The notes beneath the pieces were generated by a model. That model searched no databases. It had not been told where the DNA came from and worked only from the letters and a program-made list of their open reading frames with translations. Positions 43,483 to 54,900 of a stretch of DNA of 64,000 nucleotides are shown here, one piece after another. Within the stretch, counting starts at the first letter, position 1. The number at the start of each line of letters is the position of its first letter. This DNA is from Marsupella aquatica (lineage: Eukaryota > Plantae > Marchantiophyta). The position numbers and the translations under genes are program-made. The stretch is from positions 8,084,234-8,148,233 of the forward strand of contig OZ316894.1 of assembly GCA_973895155.1 (NCBI GenBank), read 5' to 3'.

Positions 43483-45174
43483 ATGGCTGTGAGAAGTTCA
43501 GCCCTTGTCTTGCCCCACGTTTCTGGCATCTCTTTCCTTGGCAGCAAGGTTTCCAAACTTCCTTCTTCCTCAAGATGTATGGGTAGTTCGGGGAGGACGA
43601 ATGCTGGTGGGATTATTGTTGCATCGCTGTCATCGTCCTCCTTTGGGACTATGACCCTGAATTCGGTGTCCCAGGGAGGAAGGCCTAGCTCATTGATCCG
43701 AAAAATTCAAGAGGAACTGATTACCGGAGAGAAGTCTGCTGTGGATGTTACCGAAGAGTATCTCTCAAGGTTGCGAGACAGAGAACCTCAAGTCCAGAGC
43801 TTCCTTCACATTTCAGACAGAGCATTGGAAGAAGCTCGAATGCTGGACAAGACGATTTCTGAAGGGGGAGAGCTTGGATTACTGGCAGGAGTTCCCATTG
43901 CAGTGAAGGATAACCTTTGTACCAAAGACATGCCATCGACAGGTGGGTCTAAGATCCTGGATGGCTATAGGCCTCCTTATGATGCCACTGCTGTGAGGAA
44001 GTTGAGGGAGGCTGGCGCTGTGATTGTGGGAAAGACGAATATGGACGAGTTCGGCATGGGTAGCTCTTGTGAGAATTCTGGCTTCAAGAAAACTGCCAAT
44101 CCATGGGACCTGGCTCGTGTCCCTGGCGGATCTTCAGGTGGTTCTGCTGCTGCAGTGGCTGCAAGACAATGTGCAGGGGCGTTGGGGAGCGATACTGGAG
44201 GCAGTATAAGGCTACCTGCATCCTTCTGTGGGGTGGTTGGACTAAAACCCTCGTATGGGCTTGTGTCCCGTTATGGGCTTATGGCCTATGCCTCCTCTTT
44301 GGATGTGGTTGGATGCCTTGGTTCCTCTGTTCTGGATGCTGCTATTCTCCTCCAGGCTATTGCTGGCCATGACAAGGCAGATTCGACTTGTAGCCAGAAG
44401 GCCGTGCCAAATTTTGTCGAGCCTTTGCTGGTTCCAATTGACGAGCTTCCGAGTAAACCATTGGCAGGACTGAAATTCGGTCTTCTTACAGATACTCTGG
44501 GTGAAGGGGTCGAAACTGGTGTTTCGTCAGCGGTTCGATCTGCAGCCAATCATCTTGAAGAACTTGGAGCTACGATTGTTGAGGTTTCTGTGTCCACATT
44601 TTCCTTGGGCCTCCCAGCGTATTACGTCCTAGCAGCATCAGAGGCATCTTCCAATCTTTCGCGTTATGATGGTGCTAGATACGGCAACCGAGCAGATGCC
44701 CAGGAAATGATGACCATGTATGCGAAATCCCGAGCTGAGGGGCTTGGTGGAGAAGTGAAGAGACGCATCTTGATGGGCACTTATGCATTGTCAGCTGGTT
44801 ATTATGATGCCTATTACAAGCGTGCTCAGCAAGTCAGGACTTTAATACAGAGAGATTTTACGGCTGCATTCGAAGACATCGATGTCTTGTTGTCACCGGT
44901 GTCATCGACAGCTGCCTATAAACTAGGAGAAAAGGTGGATGACCCTCTTGCCATGTATGCTGGTGATTTGATGACTGTGAATGTGAATCTCGCAGGCCTG
45001 CCCGCACTTGTAGTCCCTTGTGGCCTCGCCGAAGGAGGATCTGCAGGGTTGCCTATAGGATTGCAGATGATAGGAAGATCTTTTGAAGAGGCTAAGCTGC
45101 TCCGATTAGGGCATTTGTATGAACAGACAGCACCAGCTTGGTGCTCGGCTCCCCCGGCCCTTGTCCTATCATGA
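43483..45174 (+). CDS. GATA: Glutamyl-tRNA(Gln) amidotransferase subunit A, organellar, intronless, 563 aa
   Basis: Amidase signature IAVKDN, GKTNMDEFGMGS, PGGSSGGSAAAV, LGSDTGGSIR. GatA motifs EASSNLSRYDG, EVKRRILMGTYALSAGYYDAYYKRAQ, DPLAMY. Ser-rich N-terminal extension. Confidence 0.95.
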   Translation: MAVRSSALVLPHVSGISFLGSKVSKLPSSSRCMGSSGRTNAGGIIVASLSSSSFGTMTLNSVSQGGRPSSLIRKIQEELITGEKSAVDVTEEYLSRLRDREPQVQSFLHISDRALEEARMLDKTISEGGELGLLAGVPIAVKDNLCTKDMPSTGGSKILDGYRPPYDATAVRKLREAGAVIVGKTNMDEFGMGSSCENSGFKKTANPWDLARVPGGSSGGSAAAVAARQCAGALGSDTGGSIRLPASFCGVVGLKPSYGLVSRYGLMAYASSLDVVGCLGSSVLDAAILLQAIAGHDKADSTCSQKAVPNFVEPLLVPIDELPSKPLAGLKFGLLTDTLGEGVETGVSSAVRSAANHLEELGATIVEVSVSTFSLGLPAYYVLAASEASSNLSRYDGARYGNRADAQEMMTMYAKSRAEGLGGEVKRRILMGTYALSAGYYDAYYKRAQQVRTLIQRDFTAAFEDIDVLLSPVSSTAAYKLGEKVDDPLAMYAGDLMTVNVNLAGLPALVVPCGLAEGGSAGLPIGLQMIGRSFEEAKLLRLGHLYEQTAPAWCSAPPALVLS

Positions 45175-45199
45175 TTTCACTGAACTTATGAATTAGACA

Positions 45200-45980
45200 A
45201 TTTCTTAGGTTATATGTTTTGAAATTACTGGATGTATGGACGGGTGTCCCCCTAGCACTTTTCTCCCTCCATGGAGCTTCTCTGAATCAGCAACCTACCT
45301 CTTCTGTCCGCCGACCTTGGCTACCTACCAAGCTTTGGGATGAGTCGGATGTGGTTCGCACAACTTGTCTATTAGAAGATACCAGGATCTGGGAGCTTCT
45401 ATAAACTTTGCTACTACATATCCTTGACAATGCTAGAACTAGACCTGACTTTAGCAACCTAGTCAGAGTTGCAAACCATTCAGTTTACCTCTGTAGTCGA
45501 ACTGGGACCAAAGTTACTAAGTTCATTCTTTAGACATCTAGAGGGAATCAGGATCCTGATTTGGTCTCTAGTTACTCTCCCGTCCCAATCTGACTGATTT
45601 GGGGTATTCAACCCTGGGAAGTCCTTTGACATTGTTCGTCCCGGGCCCGAAGGGGTCCCACGAATATGAAACAAATTCATTCATTTCCTGCAGCTGAATA
45701 TGCTGGGGGTGTTCTGAAATTGATATTGAGCCCGTTTTGAGGTTCTTTAAATGTCAATCAAGCCTCTGGTGTGGCTTCTTTCAATCTCTTCCACAAATCT
45801 TTAGCCTTGGATGCTATCGTCTGAAGGTATCACAGGACTCAAGAAGATCACGGACCGGGATATTCATCAGTCCTTCCCATCCTCTCCGGACGATTGGGTT
45901 TTTGGAAGCTGATTCTCTAATTGGCTTGAACTGGATGTTGCCCTCGTTTCACTTAATATCAATGGGGTGAGGGGGGCCGA
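45200..45980 (+). pseudogene. Decayed copia RT C-terminus and RNaseH remnant directly 3' of GatA
   Basis: Frameshifted motifs YVLKLLD..MDGCPPST..SME, RRYQDLG, RTRPDFS, LRHLEG and AAEYA, then a PPT-like gtgagggggg near 45967. Confidence 0.55.
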
Positions 45981-46560
45981 ATCCTGTGACTATAAAAACT
46001 TTCTGTAGCTGTCGGCATTACACATATCGATAACTTATAGAAGAGGAGCTGCACATAGGAGTGGAGGAGAATAAAACGCTAATGTTTCTCAAATGTGCCA
46101 ACAGCAACTACCAGAAAAATTCATATGAATTGTTCGGAGCAGAGAAATGAATGCGTGGTTTCTCACCCCTGGAAAGAGCGTCCATGTCATCCTCAGTGTC
46201 TTAGTGCTTTGCACGCAGCAATTTCTGGTTTGGTAATTGAATTACTGCAAACCGTTCACCAAGATTATCATTGATCACTACAACGAGTACCCCATGAGAA
46301 CATTAAAGCTTGACTTCTAGATATGCTCTAAACTTGACTTTCAATCCAGCCTTCCTGTTACCGTCCCAGATGCTCTACATTCCCGTACTGAACTAAGCAG
46401 TGAGAAAATAGAACCCTGGCATAAACTCTCCATTTCAAGGGAGTATGAATCTCAGTAAGTGAGTTTCAAAACTTTGATGGAGAATTACAAGGCCTCAATT
46501 TGCAGGCAGGGATGAATCCATGAGCAAATAATTCAACTTCGTTATCCCAAACAGGATACA

Positions 46561-46655
46561 AAGAACTGGTCTGGCAGCACAAATTGGTCTGGCAGAAGAA
46601 CTGGTCTGGCAGCACAAATTGGTCTGGCAGAAGAACTGGTCTGGCAGCACAAATT
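46561..46655. repeat. 35-bp tandem repeat (about 2.7 units)
   Basis: aagaactggtctggcagcacaaattggtctggcag is repeated. Confidence 0.9.
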
Positions 46656-49600
46656 CAAAAGTGTCTCACCTCTTCGTTGTGGGAGACAAGGTCGAAGACA
46701 GCGAAGTCATATATAGGAACTGTGAATGAAAGTAATTCACCAATTGTATTCTACAGAAATCAGAGCATTCATCCTCAGTTTCAATTCAGAGGATGTAAAA
46801 AATCAGAGCATTCACCCTCAGTAGTCCACCAGGGAGGGGATCAACCTCTTTTGCTCTTGTGGTCACGATTCATTCCTAGAATCTGCGAAAGACCAGTAGT
46901 TGTCTATTGACACCTAAAGCAGAGCAGAAGACATACAAGGCAGCATGGCGCTGGCCAAGACGAATGCAATTCACAAGAAAGTCAATTATTTTATGTCGGA
47001 GATAGATGCTGAATCCACTTCCTCTCCAACCTGAGTGAGAACCCCTTCAGTGTGAGGATGTCAAGAAGAGTTTTATTTGGTTGTTGTAGTCCTTTCACTT
47101 CCTTGTCTTGTCCATTTCATTTGGTTCACTGCCTCTGGTCTTTAGCATGGTCCATTGTTAATTTTGATATTTGATTTCTTGGAATGAAAACGAAAATTAC
47201 TGTGGATGGCCAATCGGGTTGCTACACACTAACTTATGATCATTTAAAATTAGTTTGCAATACACTAATTACATGATTGTGGATTTGCAAACCACTACAA
47301 GTGTACCAAAGGAGAGCTTTCAAGGGTAGGTCCAATCGGATGTGTTATTGGTAGTCATCTCTTCACATGTACTTTACACTAATAGATCTTCCATAGGTTC
47401 CAAACAACCATTAGATCTAACAAATGGGGTCCAGATCATTTCAAACAACCGTTAGATCCAGCAAATGGGGTCCAGATCAAGGAGAATAGGCGGAAAATGT
47501 ATCCAACAATCTCACTTTTTCGTTGTATCAGTAGTCAGCACAAAATCTAGGGAAATTTGGCAGAAAAACTGTCACTAGACCACTACTGGTTGCAACCCTT
47601 GAAGTTGCAGATGTTCCATATCCATGAGGGTTCTCTCTAGTTTTCTGCTTTTGGACTGTGCTGCCTTGGTCTGTTCTTGAATTGTCCTTTGGGTGTCTTT
47701 GTTGGGCTCCTTTAAACCACAAGTGGCCAAAAATAAGGGGAAAGTGTCCAACACTTCACATCTTTTTGATAAATCCCAACATTTTAGTGGATGACTACAT
47801 GAATCTGTTTGATTTCTAAAGTTCAACCTACCTACTGAAAAAAGTTGGGGACTTTTTGGACCTGACTTTTTGGACATAATACTCAATCTTATATTCTCAA
47901 AACTTCATGCTTGGGAACTTTCTTTCAGTCATCTGTTTTGCAAAAGCACAATACATTTCCTTGGAAAAAAGCATAACACTGTTACACTTCCCTTAGAATC
48001 TGTTAAGTTAGTCTAAGAAGGTTCCTACACTGTTCACATAGCTAGTGTTACCCACACTGTAATCAAGAGTGGGAAAAAAACTATTTTGAAAAATGCACAA
48101 GAGTTCTACTTTGGACCCAATTTAACAAGAAATTTAAACAAATTAAAGTGGAAAAATGATTCTGAAAAACCTACAAAAATTAGTGTTACTTGGACTCACA
48201 ATCACTTTTACCAAAATTAGGTTAGTGACACTAATTCTTCCATAACACTAGCTAATTATGGTGAAAAGTGCAGCTTAGCTTTGGTTCTAACTTTGCTCTA
48301 TGTACCTAAGGAAAAGTGCAGAATTGTAGATTACAGTTTGTAAAGTAGTGACCTTTGAGGAGATAGGGTTGAGTGTTGGAGGTGTCCAAAACATCCCAAC
48401 ATTGTTCAGAACAGTAGGTAGCTTCAATGCCAAGGATCAAACCAAATAGTTTTCAGCTCAAACAAAATCCATTTAGTCACCCAATAGAATGTTGGGGTTT
48501 ATCAAAATTCACATTTTGTAGGTTTGTGGTGCCCTGTGCAGGGGAGGTAAACGAGATGGTGACTACTGCAGAACTACTGTATTTTTTGGATTACTATGGA
48601 GTTACAATATTTGTTGGGTTTTGGACGGCCCCGTCCAAGGGGGCTGATGGAGGGGGCTGATGGAGTCGTCAATCCATCATTGTGGTCAATCAAGTCCACA
48701 AGATGCTAGAGAAGCTTGGTTAAGTCCTTTCCTGCCAAGAAAGTGGTTTGGTGAGGACCCATTTACATGCAAGACCCTGGGTCACAAGCAGCAGTTACTA
48801 GATGCAATCCCAGGTAGGTCCCCATAAATAGCAAGGCTTGTCAGTTCTCCCCATAGTAGTGTTTTAGTCTTCTCTGCTCCTTTGGGGATCAGGTTTTGTC
48901 GTTGGCCCTTGGTTGTGGTGGGGGACTCCTTGCGTGGACCTCTTGGGTTTTCTTGGGGCCCTTCCCCATTCCTTTAATTTCCTTCCTTTAATTGGGTTGA
49001 ATTGCCTTTGGGACCCTCTCTCCCCGTTTGGCATCTTTGCTTTTTGGCAGTTTCATACATATGATTGCCTACTAGAAGGAAAACCAAGCTGGGTTATATG
49101 GGTTCAAGTTGACGTACCAAAAGTTGTTGATAGTACAGAAATGATCATTGAACTTCTGTCAGCCAACCTTAACCAAGATAAATGATTACATTCAGTGTGA
49201 TAGTCCTTTATTTTATTGTGTGTGAAATGATTGACACATATTGAGTAGCTAGCATAAAGTATGCAAGAATAGTCCTAGCCCATGTTAAATTAAAATAGTT
49301 TTCTTTGAAGGGCCAGCTTTACAACAAATCACCCCTGGCCACTTGAAAATCTAACTATAACTAGCCCCCCACTACCCATTCTTTGAAGCAGTGAGTACAA
49401 TCAAAAAATGTCATTAAATATTTTTTTTTTCACATTTTTGAAAGATTAATGAAACTATAAAAAACCATCATGTATGTCATCATTTTAATAATCATACATA
49501 ACATATCATTAATACTCTTTTATGCAGATCCCTCTTTCTATGCACATAGGTTATGATGGGGCCATAGATCTCATTTTTTTAATATAAATAGAAATCATGA

Positions 49601-51354
49601 CAAGAAGAATTCATGATTATCATTTGAATACATCATACAAGTCATGAGTTTTCACAACCACAAGATGAACCATGGAGTCACCGTCTAGATAGCCTAGGCC
49701 CCAAAACTCTAGTTTGAAGTTGGCGCTTTATAAATACGTTAATAGGGATTGAAAGTTACTCTGAGTGACTACTTTCTAGGCCGAATCATCTAGACAATGA
49801 CTCTGGAGCACAGCTGAAAGCGAGGGTACAAGACAAAAATAGGAAGGACCGGGGGTAGGTCATTGCAAAATATTCTAAAATGACAGGTTGACAATATTGA
49901 ATCTATTATTTTCAGTGTCTTTTGTCTCCTCGTCTCTGCTTACTTTTAAAGAAGGGACAAGCAGGCTCCTGTAGTAAAATAGTGATACACTTAACTACAC
50001 TGATTACCTTAACACACAATATTTAGGAACAAAGGGTTTTCAAGGATGTCACCAGAATTAATGTGTGTGAGACTATATAAGAAATGAGAATCAATACATG
50101 TCATTCTAAATTAAAGTAAGTGACACTATTTTTGGTGACATGCAAATAGTGTGTAATGAACTCTGAATTAATGTGTGTAACTTATGAAAAGTACACATTT
50201 TTCCAGTAGTAAGATGTATATGCAAGGGCATAAAAAATAAAAAATAAAGTCAATTTAAATTCAAACTTTATTAAAGTATGATGAGTTGAAAAGCAGTTTA
50301 TGAATGCAATCATAATCAAACTAGAATGAATGACAATGGACTAAACTCACTGCTTGTACGTATTATTGCAATACAAGTATTTTAAATAATCTATTTTCAG
50401 ATCCAGAATTGTCATGTACACACATTCTCATACTCAACTCCTAATGGGTCCTTTTCTTAGTGTCCTTTTTTATTAATCTATAGGAGACTCCTAAGTAAAC
50501 TACTTTATATATTCTTTTGAGATTTGGAGTCACACCCTTATTAGTGTGTGTGAGACTATTTAAGCCAGGATACTAAATAAGTTATTATAATAATTAGGGC
50601 AAAGAGTGCATAAATTATGTAAAGAATGATACTAACTCAGAATAAATTAAAATAGCTGTGCCTCAAAAGGGTCATCTATACCACAAACAACAAATCACCT
50701 GTAAATAAGAATAAGAATACATCCATGCCCATTCACGATCACGCACGTGTAAAGTCCGCTGGTAAAGATAAAAAAGGGAAGGCGCCCCGCGCCCCCCAGC
50801 CAAACCGAAGTACCGACCCAAACAATCAATACGAACGGACGGAGCCGAAGCACCGTCAGTACGAATACAGTACACGCACCCTCTAACGGTCGCGATGGAA
50901 AGGCGACGAAAAAATCTAACGGCTCCCTCTACCTACGCAAAGTAAGCAAGTCACGCAGTCGTCGGACTGCAGCGCACGGGAACTGCGCAGTGAGCGGCCT
51001 CCTGCGGACACGTGAGCGCAGCTTGGGCGGGGTTGTCAGTCGGACAACGACCGGACAAACTTTGAATGCACTCAAACTCCTCCTCTACTCTTTTCTCTCT
51101 CTCTCTCTCTCGTCTCTTCTCTCTTCTCTGTGTTTCTCTTCTGTGTGTGTCTCTGTGGACTTGTGGAGTCTCTGCGTCTGCCACGGTGCTGGCTCGTAGA
51201 CGTGGTCCTGTCGAAGTGTCTATCCATATGCATTCGTCGTCCGTGCGTCCCGGCCCGCGGATTGCTCGCAAGCAGGCTCGGCGTTTTGTGTCTATCTATA
51301 TAATTATTGAATCGGAAGTCGATAACCAGAAGGCGCGAGGTACGGCTAGGAGGA

Positions 51355-51880
51355 AAAGGTGATCGGGATTGGGATTTGGTTCGCATTCTCAGGCATTGAC
51401 GTCGTTGACGTGCTTTGTTGCGTTTGCGTCTCTGCCGAATTGTCTTCCTGAGGGAGGGAGGGAGGGAGGGAGGGAGTGCTCGATCGGTGAGGAGGGAAAG
51501 CTGATCGGGATTTGGTTTTGGTTCGCATTCTCAGGCATTGACGTCGTTGACGTGCGTTGTTGCGTTTGCCACTCTGCCGAAGTGTCTTCCTGACGGAGTG
51601 AGTGAGTGAGTGAGTGAGTGCGTGCTCGATCGGCGCCAACGCGGCGGGAATTGGTTCGCATTACGGTGGTATTTGATTGGCGTCGTTGACGTGCGTGTGC
51701 GCTGCCGAATTGACGTATTTAGAGGAGGGGAGAGGAGGCTGAGGGAGTGCCATATCGACCAGGAGAGAGTTCGGAATTGGTTCGCATTCTGATTGACATC
51801 GGTGGCGTGCGTTTGCACTGCCGAATTGACTGGCTGTGTTTTGGAGGAGAGAGAGGGCTGAGTGCTCTCGATTGAGTTCG
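51355..51880. repeat. Four diverged ~120-150-bp tandem units upstream of the DAK start codon
   Basis: The core ttggttcgcatt...attgacgtcgttgacgtgc...tgccgaattg...gagtgctcgat recurs near 51376, 51518, 51651 and 51777. The linkers are (GGGA)n, (GAGT)n and GA-rich. Confidence 0.85.
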
Positions 51881-51910
51881 GAGAAATTTGTGTGACTTCT
51901 GAGTCGGCTC

Positions 51911-54900
51911 ATGTCTTCGGCGATGGCCCGCGGGAAGAAGCTGATAAATGATCCGAATGGTGAGTTTCGTCCTTCGACAGTTTGTCGTCGAGATCATCGT
52001 TGTCATCGTAGATAACGTGTCCATACGGCCTGGCATTCAGTGCGGAATAATGCGGGAGCTTTTTTTTGAATAGGCGATCGATCACGTATTATTGGCGAGG
52101 GATTTTTGAAACAGAGGATATTGGTCGAATTCATAAATTGGAGAATCCCGATGCGTTCATGCGTTCATGTTTGGTCAATGAGCTAGTCATGGTCGTCGAT
52201 ATGCCCTGGCGTTCATTCAGTGCGGGGAAGTCTAGCTGCTCGGCTCTCGCGAGTAGTCAATCGGATGTAATCCCTCAGGGATGGGATGGTCAATTATCGA
52301 GGATGGTCGTGTGCGAATTACTATTGTAAATCGTGATGCATTGATCACTGGTTCATGAGCTGGATGGGTGAAATACATGTGGGGGAAAATCCGTGAATGT
52401 GATGAGGGAATGTTAAAGTTTTTTGCTCTGTGCGATTGTCTTCGCACTCCCGATATCCGAGATCGGCATGCATGAACCCTCGGATTGTTTGTTGCGGCAT
52501 GCTACTTTCCACTGACAGATAATTAACTTTTCGCGAGACGCGATGTATAACTGACGTGATCTATCAAGCTGTGAAGCTCTGGCGCGGCCGGCTCGGGAAT
52601 GCCAAATTTAAGAATTGGAAGATTGATCTGATTTTTGTCCCCATCGCATTGTGTTCTTGTGACTGCGAGAACAGCCATTCGTTATAGAAAGGCTAAGGCT
52701 GACCGGTGTGTGGATGAGTTTGATGCAGATGCTGTGGTTGAAGCTATCGAAGGGCTAGTTGAGATCTACCCCAACCTTACATATTTGGAAGGCGTTCCGG
52801 CGGTAAGCTTTCTCTCTGTTGAAAAGGCTTGGGACTTCTCGTTACTCAGATTCTAAGTCTATACTTCGAATTTGACAGATAAATATTTATTCCACTCGGG
52901 CCCGTTTCTGATGTCTGATTATTTCAACTGTCCCGACATTGTGGGCCCGGATCAATGTCGCGTCTACTTCTTGTCCCAATTGATTGAATTGTTTGAGGCG
53001 GAGGACAGATGGAAGTCAGTACCTACATCGTGTTACACAATCTATTCAAATTTTGACTTTTGGCGATTCGAACCTAATCATGGGTTTTAAATTAGGGGTC
53101 CGTAGGGAATTGTGTGTTGTTTATGAGGAGACAGCTCGTTTATGATTGAACTGATGTACATTAAAGCCCAAGAGATTCTAAAATCGGCGAATGTGGCAAA
53201 AATGCCAGTAGGAGGAAAAAGATGACTTGCTAAGTAATTTTAAAGACAGCATAGTAGACTACCGCTGTAATGGGGACCTGTGTTGCAGATAAAAGTGGTG
53301 CTTCGGGCTGATGTTTGTCAAAGCACATATGATAAAGTTGCCGTAATCTCAGGTATGTACGAGTTTAGAGTTTAATATGCCTTGCTAACTAGCCTGCCGT
53401 CGAGCTCAATATTGAAGGATTTTTAGTACTCTTCGTTCGTGTTCTTACAATACAAGAAGGCGGTGAATTCTTTTCCTCATTTGACCAAATTGAAAATGTG
53501 CGTAGATGGAACGAACTGCAGCAGGATGTTGATGGACTGGGATAATTTGGCGTGGCATTGAAACACTCTCTCTCTTTTACTAAACATAAGTGGCAGTCAC
53601 TGATCAACTGTGTCGTGAGCAGGCGGTGGAAGTGGCCACGAACCAGCACATGCTGGATACGTGGGGCCTGGCCTGCTTACAGCTGCTGTGTGCGGGGAAG
53701 TATTCGCTTCACCGTCAGTTGCAGCTATTTTGGCGGTATGGCCATAAACTACGAAGATTTATGTGGGTGGTCAATTGATTTTGTTGGTTCCCACATTGGA
53801 TCACTATTCAGCGCAAAAGGCAAAGGGATGAGTGGCAATAGAGCATGAATTGAGGTGTATACTGTTTTGACTCGGTGTCTTCGGCTTATTTATGTAAATT
53901 TTGTGTCTGTTGTTCGTGTGTGGCATTCATAAGTTAGTTTGTTGGCACCATTACCCTCTTATCAACTTTGTAAACGTGGCAGGCCATACGAGCGGTTACC
54001 GGAGCACCTGGTTGTCTACTCATTGTGAAGGTATTCCTCAGTTTAGAGTTAAAAACTTGCTTTTTACATTGATTAGTCTAGACCTACCATTCTAAAAACT
54101 ACAGACACTCCTGTCCCCCTTGTCAGTTGGTGCTCAATCCATCCAGATAAGGCTTTTTCTTGCCAAATTCATTTTCCAAGATAGCTTAGATACGGGAGAG
54201 TCCTCTATGATTGAGTTGCGACTCCATTTGTTGGGTCACTGCTACTGTCTTTCATTCGTTCTCTACTTTCTCTCCCATGGCAATCGTGAGTGGCGATTTA
54301 GTAAATTCAATCACCTCAATTCGTAATAGTCTGCCAAAGCCCTCTCTGGGGCTTATCTAGTCTATTTTATGATGTCAGTTAGAAGAATCCGCTCTCCATT
54401 GTGGTCATAATAGTGAGCCATTTAAGTAGACTCGTGTCTTTTGGTACAGTGAAAGTCTTCAGGCCAGACCTAATATTCGGGTCGCCTCCCATGAATTAGG
54501 AACCAAGGTGAATTCCTATTATTTTGTCACAATGGCTTTGAGCTTTGATTTGTAATGTTCTCGACTCAGAATTACACAGGAGACCGGCTGAACTTTGGTC
54601 TAGCGGCGGAACAAGCAAAAGCTGAAGGATTTAAAGTGGAGGTGAGATCCTTTGAAGTGGCATGAGCACATTTGAATACAAAGGTCAACTTGAAGGTGAT
54701 TGCTTGCTTTTCCTTAAGGCTCAAAATTGCGTTGTGCTCTAGACATTGTTAGTAACATGTTTTCCAACAGGTGGTAATTGTTGGAGATGATTGTGCACTT
54801 CCACCACCACTAGGCTTCACAGGGCGACGAGGGCTGGCGGGTACCTTATTCGTACATAAGGTCAGATGAGCGTCCTACGCTGAAGGGATTATAGCAAAAG

